DNA of 64,000 nucleotides from an uncultured Actinomycetota bacterium. GTDB taxonomy: Bacteria > Actinomycetota > Actinomycetes > CAVWCF01. Position numbers and translations under genes: made by a program. The first letter of the stretch is position 1, and the number at the start of each line of letters is the position of its first letter. Under the pieces are notes generated by a model. The model searched no databases. It saw nothing but the letters and a program-made list of their open reading frames with translations, and was not told the DNA's origin. Below are positions 1 through 9,256 of the stretch, piece by piece. Location: positions 1,344,001-1,408,000 of the forward strand of contig CAVWCF010000001.1 of NCBI GenBank assembly GCA_963753435.1. Direction: 5' to 3'.

Positions 1-381
1 ATGCGAGGTCGAGGGATTCCGCGATGCGACTGTCGATGCGTGGGTCGAACTCATCCGCCTACGGGGCGACGGAAGCACCTGCGGCGTCGCCCGGGGAGTA
101 GTTACGCGCATCGTCATAACCCCAGCGGTCCACCATCTACGGGCGGTACTGCCTCCCGCTTTGGAACCGGCTGTGCAACCTTGTGGGGAGAAGGCGCTGT
201 CCCGAATCGTCCTCGTGCACGTGGCGGGCAACTCAGTCAACGTCGAGGGAACGCTCTATGGGGGGACGGCCCCGCAGTCGGCGTCCTGGCTGCGCGCCAG
301 TTAGTTCTCGCTGACCGCACGGTGGCCGCTCATGCGGCACTTGCAGCGACTCCTGATGGGCCCCGGTTGCGGACCAGCCGG

Positions 382-457
382 TGGCGCGCCCGAAGGGATT
401 CGAACCCCTAACCTTCTGATCCGTAGTCAGATGCTCTATCCGTTGAGCTACGGGCGC
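382..457 (-). tRNA. tRNA-Arg(ACG)
   Basis: Reverse complement GCGCCCGTAGCTCAACGGATAGAGCATCTGACT-ACG-GATCAGAAGGTTAGGGGTTCGAATCCCTTCGGGCGCGCCA; 76 nt with encoded CCA. Confidence 0.97.
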
Positions 458-538
458 GTGCCCCGAAGGACCGCCAGAGTGTATCCGCGGACTCCGATCC
501 ACCCCTAATCACGGGCGGGGCGGGCTAGCGTCCCATGA

Positions 539-1273
539 GTGGGTACGCCGGCGCTGGTCAAGCAACTGGACGCCCAGTTGCGGGAGCAGGCCGACCCCGA
601 ACGGGCTGTCAACGAGAAGCGCTACCTCAAGTCCGAGATGACTCACTACGGCGTTCGGGTCCCGGAAATGCACCGCATCGCCCGCAAGGCCGGCCGCGGC
701 CTGGACCGCTCTGTGCTGATCGGCACCGCTGGGCAACTTTGGGACCGGCCCAGCACACCAGTCTTCGAACGTCGGTTCCTGGCGGCAGACCTGCTAGCCG
801 CCCGCACGGACCTGCTCGACGCCAATGACGCGGACCTGTGCGAGCGGATGCTCCGGCAGTCCCGCACGTGGGCCCTCGTGGACTTGATCGCGCCCAGGGT
901 GGTGGGGCCGCTGGTTGAGCGCGACCCCGACGCCTGGCGATCCCGCCTAGCGAGCTGGCGTGACGACCCCGACTTCTGGCTGCGGCGGTCATCGCTGCTG
1001 GCGCTGTCGGTGCCACTGCGACGGGGAGAAGGCGACTTCGAGTGGTTCGCTGAATACGCAGACACCCTGCTGGAAGATAAGGAGTTCTTCGTCCGCAAGG
1101 CGATCGGCTGGGTGCTGCGCGACACCGCACGTCGCCGGCCGGACCTGGTCGCACAGTGGGTGCTGCCCCGGGCCCATCGCATGAACTCCGTCACCATCCG
1201 CGAGGCGGTCAAGCCGTTGGACCCCGCCGACCGCGAGCGCATCCTCGCCGCATGGAAGGACCCCGGCACGTGA
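539..1273 (+). CDS. DNA alkylation repair protein (AlkD-like HEAT-repeat glycosylase)
   Basis: Motifs YLKS..YGVRVP, TWALVD, FWLRR and EFFVRKAIGWVLR. Confidence 0.85.
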   Translation: MGTPALVKQLDAQLREQADPERAVNEKRYLKSEMTHYGVRVPEMHRIARKAGRGLDRSVLIGTAGQLWDRPSTPVFERRFLAADLLAARTDLLDANDADLCERMLRQSRTWALVDLIAPRVVGPLVERDPDAWRSRLASWRDDPDFWLRRSSLLALSVPLRRGEGDFEWFAEYADTLLEDKEFFVRKAIGWVLRDTARRRPDLVAQWVLPRAHRMNSVTIREAVKPLDPADRERILAAWKDPGT

Positions 1274-1298
1274 TGGCCGGGGTCCGTGCATCCGAGAG

Positions 1299-1389
1299 CG
1301 GAGGCGGCGGGATTTGAACCCGCGAGAGGGGATGAACCCTCAACCCGCTTAGCAGGCGGGCGCCATAGACCGGACTAGGCGACGCCTCC
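1299..1389 (-). tRNA. tRNA-Ser(GCT)
   Basis: Reverse complement GGAGGCGTCGCCTAGTCCGGTCTATGGCGCCCGCCT-GCT-AAGCGGG, long variable arm, then GGTTCAAATCCCGCCGCCTCCG. Confidence 0.96.
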
Positions 1390-1449
1390 CCACGGCCTCG
1401 GCCGCGGTGCGCAGGGTACCCGTGGCGCCGAACCCGGCACAAAGTGCGA

Positions 1450-2679
1450 TCAGAAGGTGTGGCGCAGCGGATACCCGGAGTCGCCGGATCGCGTTGTGAC
1501 GGTCCCGAGTACCTGGTGCAACTGGATGCGGTTCAGGTCGAACCCGACGCGCGAGGCGGCCAGGTACAGCCGCCAGATGCGGGCCTTCGCCTCGCCGACC
1601 TCGGCCACGGCGTCGTCCCAACGCTGGTCCAGGTTGGCGCTCCAGTCCCGAAGCGTCATCGCGTAGTGCTGGCGCAGGTTCTCCTCGTGCTGGATCTCAA
1701 AGCCGCCGTTGTTCATTTCGTCGATGATGCGACCAGGACCTTCGAGTTCGCCGTCGGGGAAGATGTAGTGGTCGATGAACCCGCCCGCGCGGGCCCGTTG
1801 CTGGCCGTCGAACCGGGTGATGCAGTGGTTCAGCAGCCTGCCCCCGTCGCGCAGCCGGCTGCGCAGGAATCGGAAGTACGCCCCCAACTGCGCCTCGCCG
1901 ATGTGCTCGGTCAGGCCGATCGAACTCACCGCGTCGAAGCCCCGTTCCCGCACGTCGCGGTAGTCACCGAAGCGCACCTCCGCGCGGCCGGTGAGCCCGG
2001 CCTCGGCCACGGCCTTGGCTCCCCACTCGGCCTGCTTGCGCGACAGCGTCACCCCGACCGCGGTCACGCCGTACTCGCGCACCGCATGCAGGACCATCCC
2101 GCCCCAGCCGCAGCCCACGTCCAACAGCCGCATCCCAGGCTGCAGTCCGAGTTTGCGACAAACCAGGTCGAACTTGGCTGCCTGCGCCTCTTCCAAGCTC
2201 GCATCCTGCGTCGGGTACAGCGCGCAGGTGTAAGCCATCGACGGTCCGAGCACCATGCGGTAGAAGTCGTTGGACACGTCGTAGTGGTAACTGATCGCGG
2301 CGGCGTCGCGCTGCTTGGAGTGACGGCGTCCGCTCAAGTGCGCTTCCTGCGCCGGAACCGGCGGTCGACGCAGGTTGCTCAGACCTACCGATCGGAACAG
2401 TCGAACCTTCTCCACCCAGGAGACAGCCGCGAAATCATGCGAGGCGATAGCACGCAAGGCGGCGTATAGATCTCCCTCGATGTCCAGCTGCTCCGACACA
2501 TAGGCGCGGGCCATCCCCAGATCGTTCGGCGCAGTAACCAAGTACTGCAGCGCCTGCGGTGAGCGCACGTGCAGCGTTGCCGCCGCGGTTATCGGCCCGG
2601 TGCTGCTGCCGTCGTACGCCTTGACCGCAACTGGTGACTCGTCCCCCAGCACGGCCTCGAAGATGTCTGCAACCGCCAT
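1450..2679 (-). CDS. cfa: SAM-dependent fatty-acid methyltransferase (Cfa / BfaB-TmsB-like, Rv3720-like)
   Basis: HYDVSNDFY, LLDVGCGWG, HYIFPDGEL and RIWRLYLA motifs; ATG at 2679. Confidence 0.88.
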   Translation of the reverse strand: MAVADIFEAVLGDESPVAVKAYDGSSTGPITAAATLHVRSPQALQYLVTAPNDLGMARAYVSEQLDIEGDLYAALRAIASHDFAAVSWVEKVRLFRSVGLSNLRRPPVPAQEAHLSGRRHSKQRDAAAISYHYDVSNDFYRMVLGPSMAYTCALYPTQDASLEEAQAAKFDLVCRKLGLQPGMRLLDVGCGWGGMVLHAVREYGVTAVGVTLSRKQAEWGAKAVAEAGLTGRAEVRFGDYRDVRERGFDAVSSIGLTEHIGEAQLGAYFRFLRSRLRDGGRLLNHCITRFDGQQRARAGGFIDHYIFPDGELEGPGRIIDEMNNGGFEIQHEENLRQHYAMTLRDWSANLDQRWDDAVAEVGEAKARIWRLYLAASRVGFDLNRIQLHQVLGTVTTRSGDSGYPLRHTF

Positions 2680-2683
2680 TGCG

Positions 2684-4069
2684 TCAACCCCTCCCAACCG
2701 TCTTTGCATACAGGTCCAGCAGGCGCGAGTCCGGGTCGTATTCCTTCTTCAACCGCCGGTACGCCTCGCCGTTGTAGATGCGCCAGAAGTCGTCCTCGTC
2801 GTAGAACGCATCCGAGTACAGGGACTTGCGGCCGCCGAGCCGGTCCACTTCCGCCTCGATGGCCCGATTGATCGCATCTGGCGCTTGGTCGTCGGCTCGT
2901 TCCACGCTGGACCAGAACCCGACGTTGACGTACGTGGTCGCCGGGTCGAACTGGTACAGGTCCCACCTGGCATTGGGATCGCGCTGCCGCATCGGACACA
3001 GCCAGATCGGCAGGATCCCGACCCGATCGTGGAAGAAGGCGAGGAACTCCGGCAGGGCACTCACCGGGACTTCGACGTCCTGAATGACGGTCTCCCGCTC
3101 CGGTTTGCCACGCAATCGATCGATGCGTGCGAAGAACCCATTTCGGCGTTCCCAGCCGACCGCCCGGAAGTACACGTCCGAACGCAGGTACCGGCTCGGG
3201 ATCAGGCGCCGCACCGTCGGCTGCTGCACTCCCAGTGCTCGGGAGCACCAGAACCAGTCGGTGTCCCAACGCCAGAGGTAGTCCCGAACCGTCAGGTAGT
3301 CACTGCGGCGGGTCTGCTGAGATCGGTAGTAGATCTGCTGACCGGTGTAGTCCGACGTGTACGGAGCTTCATCGACGAACGATCCGAACGTCACCACGAT
3401 GTCGTCTTCGCCGTAGACCGCGCCGTCGAGGAAGTCCACGGCCGAGCCCTCGTACTGACCGCTGTCGACCACCGCAGCCAACAGGTCTGCGGCAGCTTCG
3501 GCTGTCGGCACCCGCACATGACGCAGCGCCACATACGGACGAACCGGCTGCAGTTCGATGCGTAGCCGGAGGGCATAGCCGAGGGAGCCGTAGGAGTTGG
3601 GGAAGCCATGGAACAGGTCGGCATGGCCCCCGTCGGGAGTAACGGTGATCACGTCGCCGGCGCCGGTGAGGACATCCATCTCCAGAACGGACTCGTGCGG
3701 GCAGCCGTTACGGAAGGAGGTGGACTCCACTCCGAGGCCAGTCACCGCGCCCCCGAGGGTGATCGTCTTCAGCTCGGGCACCACCAGCGGCATCAGCCCG
3801 TGCGGCAACGTTGCATCGACCAGTTCCTCGTAGGTGGTCATGCCGAGCACGTCCGCGGTGGCCGCTTCGACGTCAACGTGCAGCACCCCGGCGAATCCGG
3901 AGACGTCCAACGCCACGCCCGCAGCGGGCTGACGAACACGGAAGAGGTTTGAGGTGTTCTTCGCGAGGCGAACCGGACGGTCGGCGGGCAAACGTCGGTA
4001 CTGCCCCTGCAGGTTGTCCAACAGGGACTGGTAGTGGTTGCGCGCCGATTCCGGCAGTTGCACACCCAT
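2684..4069 (-). CDS. FAD-binding oxidoreductase (BfaA/TmsA, Rv3719-like), likely 10-methyl branched fatty acid synthesis partner
   Basis: LAKNTSNLFR, VVPELKTITLGGAVTGLGVESTSF and YLWRWDTDWFWCS; directly upstream of the cfa-like gene. Confidence 0.85.
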   Translation of the reverse strand: MGVQLPESARNHYQSLLDNLQGQYRRLPADRPVRLAKNTSNLFRVRQPAAGVALDVSGFAGVLHVDVEAATADVLGMTTYEELVDATLPHGLMPLVVPELKTITLGGAVTGLGVESTSFRNGCPHESVLEMDVLTGAGDVITVTPDGGHADLFHGFPNSYGSLGYALRLRIELQPVRPYVALRHVRVPTAEAAADLLAAVVDSGQYEGSAVDFLDGAVYGEDDIVVTFGSFVDEAPYTSDYTGQQIYYRSQQTRRSDYLTVRDYLWRWDTDWFWCSRALGVQQPTVRRLIPSRYLRSDVYFRAVGWERRNGFFARIDRLRGKPERETVIQDVEVPVSALPEFLAFFHDRVGILPIWLCPMRQRDPNARWDLYQFDPATTYVNVGFWSSVERADDQAPDAINRAIEAEVDRLGGRKSLYSDAFYDEDDFWRIYNGEAYRRLKKEYDPDSRLLDLYAKTVGRG

Positions 4070-4109
4070 CGGTTCAGGGTAGCCAGCCGGATCGTGGCAG
4101 GCTGGCGTC

Positions 4110-4820
4110 GTGACAGAACCGGGACCGATTGCCCTGGTTGGTTCGGGCGAGTACCTGCCGGTCATGCTGGACGTGGAGCGCAGCCTGATCGCCGGCAGAC
4201 CCCAGCGCTACGTGCAACTGGCCACCGCGGCTGCCCCCGAGGGTGAGGCGTCGCTGCGGCGCTGGCACCGCCTCGGCGAAGAACAGGCCCACCGCTTGGG
4301 TGTTGAGCAGGTGGTGGTCGACGTCCGTAGCCGCGCCGACGCCGACGATCCGTCACATGCCGCCGCCATCGCCGGGGCCGGCCTGATCTACCTGTCCGGT
4401 GGCGACCCCGGGTTCCTGGGGCGCACGCTGCGGGGAACTCTCGTCTGGGACGCCATCGTCGACGAGTGGCGCAGCGGCGCAGCGTTGGCCGGCTGCAGCG
4501 CCGGTGCGATGGCCATGACTTCGTGGGTGCCGACGCCCATGCACCCACGCTCCGGTGTCGGCGACGGGACCGGCCTGTTGTCCCACCTGCGGGTACTACC
4601 GCACTTCGATCAGATGACCCGCTTCATGCCCAAGTCGGTGGTGCAACTCCTGATGACGCCTCCGGACGAAGGGTGGCTGGTCGGTGTGGACGAGAACACC
4701 GCCCTAGTCGGCGGACTGGAGGACTGGGAAGTGGCTGGGTCCGGGCAGGTGTGGCGCTTCGGCCCCGAAGGCCGAACAGCGCACTCCGCCGGCGAGCGGG
4801 TGTCGACGCCGATCAGCTAG
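4110..4820 (+). CDS. Peptidase S51 / cyanophycinase-like (class I GATase-like fold)
   Basis: IYLSGGDP, GCSAGAM nucleophile elbow, VLPHFD and GVDENTA. Confidence 0.8.
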   Translation: MTEPGPIALVGSGEYLPVMLDVERSLIAGRPQRYVQLATAAAPEGEASLRRWHRLGEEQAHRLGVEQVVVDVRSRADADDPSHAAAIAGAGLIYLSGGDPGFLGRTLRGTLVWDAIVDEWRSGAALAGCSAGAMAMTSWVPTPMHPRSGVGDGTGLLSHLRVLPHFDQMTRFMPKSVVQLLMTPPDEGWLVGVDENTALVGGLEDWEVAGSGQVWRFGPEGRTAHSAGERVSTPIS

Positions 4821-4841
4821 CCAGTCCGCCGGGTGAGCGCT

Positions 4842-5825
4842 CTAGGCGTTCTCATCCCCAGCGAAGACATCCAGCAGCAGGGCGGTCGCGTCCACCACGC
4901 CTTCGGGTACGACATCCGTGACAATCCCGCCGAGTTCAGCCAGACCCGGTTCGCCCTGCACCGCAGCCGCACTGGACAACGGGAATGACGCCCCCGGCCA
5001 GTTATGTCCGATGCCGGTGACGGAGTACAGCGTCACCCGGGTGTCCCCGGCGCAGCCGGGCCAGGTCAGTTGCACGGCTGTGCCCGACAACTGCTCAAGG
5101 GTGTAGTCCGCGTCGCACTTGGACCGCTTGGCCCATTGGGTCATGTCGTCCAGCACGTCGCCCAGGTAGTAGCCGGCGACTTCTTCATCGAAGCCCGGCG
5201 GCGGTGCGAACGGCACCAGTGCGTCGTCGTTGTCGTGGAACGCCACAACCGACAGTGGCGGTCCATCACATGGACGCACCAGATTCACCCCCGACACCGG
5301 CGCGACACCAGCGAACCGCGGCAGAGCGCACGTCAACCACATGGCGAAGCCGGCGCCATTGTCGAATCCGGTTGCGTACAGACCGTCCGGTGCCACGCAC
5401 ACACGGCGGCCGATGTCGTACAGGATCGACTCCACGAAACGCACATCGTCGGCCCCGGGAACGCCGGGAATGGCCCAGGCGCCATTGGCCGGTTCCGGCT
5501 GGATAACCACGAAACCGCGGTCGAGGGCCTTGGCCGAGACCCGGGTGAACTCATCCATCTCCGATTGCCCCACCTCGGGGCCGTTGAAGACGAGCAGCGC
5601 CGGTGAACGTGTCGTGGAGCTGACCAGGCTAGGAATGGACAACCGGTAGGCACGGCTTTGGCCGTCCACGTCGATCTGCACGGTCTGCACGCCTGGCTGT
5701 GGCGGCACCGAGTCCCCGGTGCAGGCCGGTGGCAAAGCGGTCGAGGTCGACGTGGTGCAGCCGGCCGCCAGTAGTGCCCCAGCCGCCAGGCCGATCACCC
5801 CGGCGATCCCCCGACGCGAAAACAT
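4842..5825 (-). CDS. PHB depolymerase-family esterase-like lipoprotein (LpqC/LpqP-like)
   Basis: Lipobox LAAGC; DDVRFV, YATGFDNGAG, FHD..D..VP and GHNWPG; the usual nucleophile Ser of GxSxG appears to be Asp. Confidence 0.75.
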   Translation of the reverse strand: MFSRRGIAGVIGLAAGALLAAGCTTSTSTALPPACTGDSVPPQPGVQTVQIDVDGQSRAYRLSIPSLVSSTTRSPALLVFNGPEVGQSEMDEFTRVSAKALDRGFVVIQPEPANGAWAIPGVPGADDVRFVESILYDIGRRVCVAPDGLYATGFDNGAGFAMWLTCALPRFAGVAPVSGVNLVRPCDGPPLSVVAFHDNDDALVPFAPPPGFDEEVAGYYLGDVLDDMTQWAKRSKCDADYTLEQLSGTAVQLTWPGCAGDTRVTLYSVTGIGHNWPGASFPLSSAAAVQGEPGLAELGGIVTDVVPEGVVDATALLLDVFAGDENA

Positions 5826-5827
5826 CC

Positions 5828-6499
5828 TTACCCGGCACCCCGATTGCGCCACCAGTCGATGACCGCGTCAGCGTCCAGCACCTCGCCGTACTTGGCTTGG
5901 ATGTCGAAGAGATTCGCCTCATGCGGCTCCGGTCGCCGGTCGCCCACGCCATCGCGGGCGACCACGGTGACGAAGCCGTGCTGACAACCGTCCACTGCCG
6001 TGGCGCGGACGCAGCCGCTGGTGGATACCCCGGTGAGAACCAGGCTGTCGACACCGGCAGCGGTCAAGGTCGCAGCCAACGAAGTGCCGAAGAAACTGGA
6101 TGCGTACTGCTTGGTGATGACGATCTCGTCGGCGGCCGGCTTGAGCGGTTCGGCTATCTGTGTGAGCGGGCCGTCACCGGCGAAGACCGCCAGCGCCGGC
6201 ACCTTCCGGTAGAACACGCCACCGTCGACCCCGCCGGCCTGATACGCAACAACGGTCCAGATGACCGGGATGGACTGCTGTCGCGCTTCGTCGACCAGGC
6301 GCCCGATGGTCGCCACGACGTTCGGCATCGACTCGCCCGCATATAGCGGTGAGCCGGGTTCGGTGTAGGCCCCAACCATGTCGATGACCACCAGGGCCGG
6401 GCGGTTCCCCAGCGCCAGGGCCCCGTCGAAGGCGCCCGCGTAGTTATCTCGCAGGTCCGCGGAACCCGCTGCATGCGTGCCCGCAGAGTTGGCCGTCAT
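5828..6499 (-). CDS. Isochorismatase-family cysteine hydrolase (maleamate / N-carbamoylsarcosine amidase-like)
   Basis: LVVIDM, ITKQYASSFFGT, GVSTSGCVRATAVD and NLFDIQAKYGEV. Confidence 0.88.
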   Translation of the reverse strand: MTANSAGTHAAGSADLRDNYAGAFDGALALGNRPALVVIDMVGAYTEPGSPLYAGESMPNVVATIGRLVDEARQQSIPVIWTVVAYQAGGVDGGVFYRKVPALAVFAGDGPLTQIAEPLKPAADEIVITKQYASSFFGTSLAATLTAAGVDSLVLTGVSTSGCVRATAVDGCQHGFVTVVARDGVGDRRPEPHEANLFDIQAKYGEVLDADAVIDWWRNRGAG

Positions 6500-6552
6500 G
6501 CGGCCGCAGCCTACTCTCGGCCCGTGAGATCCCCCCTCCCACGGTCTGCTTC

Positions 6553-7302
6553 GTGAGTGGCCGTACTCCGGGAGCGGAGAGCGGACGCAAGTTGCTGTCG
6601 GTGCTCCTGGCGTTCGATGAGCAGCGCCCCACTTGGACCGTCGGGCTGTTGTCGGAGCACCTGGCCTTGCCGCTGTCGACGACCTACCGCTATATCGCGT
6701 TGCTTCGCGAACAGGGCCTGCTGGACGCGTCCGGAGACGGCACGTATCGGGTCACGCACCGCGTCGCGTCGCTGGCTCGGGCCGCCGAAGCCGCGCGCGA
6801 AAGCATGGTCGAGTTGGCCCGACCGATCCTGGAAAGCACCCGCGACGCGGTCGACGAGACCGTCGTGCTGGTGACCCGCGGCGGCACCTACGCGTACTGC
6901 GTTGACCGGGCCGAATCGCGGCAGCCGGTGCGGCTGCAGTTCTCTGCGGGGCAGGCAATGCCACTGCATTCCGGTAGTGCGTCGCGGGTCCTGCTGGCAG
7001 CCATGCCGCGCGGGGAACGAAGCGAGTACCTGCGCGGGGTGCTGCCCACCCTGCCGGTCGAGCGGGCGGGCAACCTCGCCGACGACGCCCTGGACCGCGT
7101 CTCGGCCGCCGGATGGACAGAGTCGTTCGAGGAAGTCGACGACGGCATCTGGGGTGCGGCCGCCGCCGTGCGAGCCGAGGGCGACGTGATCGCCGCACTC
7201 GGTGCGGCCGGCCCCATCTACCGACTGTCGCCAGGCGACCGCAAACGCATCGTCACCGCGGTGCGGTCGGCCGCCGCGCAGTTGTCCGCTGCGCTGGGCT
7301 AG
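6553..7302 (+). CDS. IclR-family transcriptional regulator
   Basis: N-terminal wHTH (LPLSTTYRYIALL); effector domain PLHSGSASRVLLA. Confidence 0.9.
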   Translation: MSGRTPGAESGRKLLSVLLAFDEQRPTWTVGLLSEHLALPLSTTYRYIALLREQGLLDASGDGTYRVTHRVASLARAAEAARESMVELARPILESTRDAVDETVVLVTRGGTYAYCVDRAESRQPVRLQFSAGQAMPLHSGSASRVLLAAMPRGERSEYLRGVLPTLPVERAGNLADDALDRVSAAGWTESFEEVDDGIWGAAAAVRAEGDVIAALGAAGPIYRLSPGDRKRIVTAVRSAAAQLSAALG

Positions 7303-7305
7303 CGA

Positions 7306-8526
7306 TCAGCCGATCTCGGCTCGAACCCGCTCAATGCTCGGGATCGCCGAGGTCATCATCGACGCCGCCCGCAGGTACTCCCGGCAAGCCTCGTCGTCAT
7401 CCTGCAAGGAGCGCAGGAAGGCGTTGCGCTCCTGCCGGGCCGCCTCGTCCTGCTCCTGCATCTCCTTGAAGTTCTTCTTGGTGGTGGCCTGCACGTAGCC
7501 GTGGCAGATCTCACTGCGAACCCGGCCGAAGACCTCGCTGGCGTGCTCAGCGTCAACACCGCGCAATTGCACGGCCTCGATGGCGTCGGTGGCCGACCAC
7601 GCATCATGGATTCCGGAGTTCATGCCCATGCCGCCGAGCGGGTTGTTCATGTGCGCGGAGTCACCGGCAAGCAGCACCCGGTTGTGGCTGAAGTCCTTGG
7701 CGACGCGCTGGTTCACTCGATACAACGAGTGCTGGATGACTGGGAAATCGATCGGTCCCGCCCCGGCGTCGGCTAGCACTCCGTTGAGCCGCTGCTGGAT
7801 TCGCTCCGGCGAGGTGGCCACTTCGTCCGGTTCGTCGGCCGGGATCGGCATCAGCACGCGCCAATGGTCCGGCGTCTTCAGCAGGACGCACCATTCGACC
7901 GGGTCGGTGATGTAGGCGACCTCCACCAGGTCCGGGATGGCGTCGCGGAACTCGTAAGTCGTGGACATGACCAGGAACCGCTCAGGGAACGTGTCGCCGG
8001 GGAACTCAAAGCCGAAGCTCTGCCGAACCATCGAGTTGGCACCGTCGCACCCGATCAGCCAGTCGCACTCCACCCGCGTCCCGTCGTCCAGGATCGCCAC
8101 CGCGTAGTCGCCGTGATCCTCTGCACTGGCCACGCGCGTCCCGAAAACGATCTCGGCGTGGTCCATCTGGTCCAGGTACGGCTTGATGATGCGGGTGAGC
8201 TTGGACTGCTCCAACTGCAGGCGATACGGGTACTTGGTTTCGTCCGCGAGCAGGCTGAGATCGAGTTGGGCAATGACGCCACCCTTGCGATCCCGCTGCT
8301 GAAAGAGCGGGACCTGTAGTCCCTGCTCGAGCATCTCCTCGACGATGCCGAGCGTCTCGAGCAGTTCGAGGCTCGGGATGTGGAACGTCGACGCCTTGGA
8401 GTCGGTCGACAAGTCGTCGCCCATCTCGTAGACCCGCACCGCGATGCCGGCCTTGGCCAGCTTCAGCGCAGCAACCATGCCAACCGGACCGGCGCCGGCG
8501 ATCACAACGGGAAGACGCTCGCTCAT
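7306..8526 (-). CDS. FAD-dependent aromatic monooxygenase (PHBH/MhpA-like)
   Basis: GAGPVG, IGCDGANSMVR and LAGDSAHMNNPLGGMGMNSGIHDA. Confidence 0.88.
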   Translation of the reverse strand: MSERLPVVIAGAGPVGMVAALKLAKAGIAVRVYEMGDDLSTDSKASTFHIPSLELLETLGIVEEMLEQGLQVPLFQQRDRKGGVIAQLDLSLLADETKYPYRLQLEQSKLTRIIKPYLDQMDHAEIVFGTRVASAEDHGDYAVAILDDGTRVECDWLIGCDGANSMVRQSFGFEFPGDTFPERFLVMSTTYEFRDAIPDLVEVAYITDPVEWCVLLKTPDHWRVLMPIPADEPDEVATSPERIQQRLNGVLADAGAGPIDFPVIQHSLYRVNQRVAKDFSHNRVLLAGDSAHMNNPLGGMGMNSGIHDAWSATDAIEAVQLRGVDAEHASEVFGRVRSEICHGYVQATTKKNFKEMQEQDEAARQERNAFLRSLQDDDEACREYLRAASMMTSAIPSIERVRAEIG

Positions 8527-8529
8527 CTC

Positions 8530-8547
8530 TTCTCCATATTATGAGAA
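8530..8547. promoter_or_regulatory. Imperfect AT-rich palindrome (possible IclR operator) overlapping the -10/RBS of the monooxygenase gene
   Basis: TTCTcCATA-T-TATGAGAA directly upstream of ATG 8526. Confidence 0.45.
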
Positions 8548-8641
8548 TGGGGATTCCGTAAGGTGGGAGGAGTCTGGGCCAAGCCTCGGCCCAGGTCAAC
8601 ACCCGCCCCCCAAGTCGGGTCCAACGTCCCGACCAGCACTG

Positions 8642-9256
8642 TCAGTCGTCGACACGGCGGACCAGCCAGGCACCCACACCGGCCTGGTCCCACCGGTACT
8701 GCGACAGCAACCCGTCGGCGTCAACGGTGAACTCAGCGCCGGATTCATACGAGCCACCGACGACCCGGTGCGTGCTGGAGCCGCCGGTTTCGTCCACCAG
8801 CTCGGCGGTGCGTACGTCCACGACCGGTGCCAGCAGGTCCATCGGGTCAGCTCCCGGCCGGATGTCCGGCACGCACACGGGCGCGCCTTCGGGACCGGCC
8901 GCACCAAGAGCACGCACTACCGGGCCGGCGTAGATACGCAGCAACGGCAGCAGGAGCGCCGGACCGGAGACTTCGTCCTCGTAGGCGTGACCGTCGACGG
9001 TGCGCAACACCCGGATGCGGTCATCGGCCCGGCGGTACTCCGCAGTCACAGTCACGTTCGGCATCGTCAGGGCAATCGAGGCGGCCGCGAGGGCGGAGTC
9101 GAAGTCATCCAGATAGACCGCCGTCACAGCCAGGTCCACACCGAAGTCCGGTGCCTGCCGCCGGGAGGTCACCAGCGATCCGTCGACCGCGAACGTCTCC
9201 GTCAGCGGCTGCTGCTCACCGCCGAGGAAGTACTCAAACCGACCGGTCCGCTTCAC
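8642..9256 (-). CDS. Hypothetical protein (start uncertain, 9256-9289)
   Basis: Protein-like composition; overlaps the 3' end of nfnB, so probably co-transcribed. Confidence 0.6.
   Translation of the reverse strand: MKRTGRFEYFLGGEQQPLTETFAVDGSLVTSRRQAPDFGVDLAVTAVYLDDFDSALAAASIALTMPNVTVTAEYRRADDRIRVLRTVDGHAYEDEVSGPALLLPLLRIYAGPVVRALGAAGPEGAPVCVPDIRPGADPMDLLAPVVDVRTAELVDETGGSSTHRVVGGSYESGAEFTVDADGLLSQYRWDQAGVGAWLVRRVDD

Noticed and set aside
1-411. ORFs 1..411(+) and 233..502(-)
   Set aside because: They overlap tRNA-Arg and give Arg/Pro/Gly-rich non-protein-like translations. A real gene may start on the minus strand near positions 53-117 and leave the window, but too little is visible to call it.
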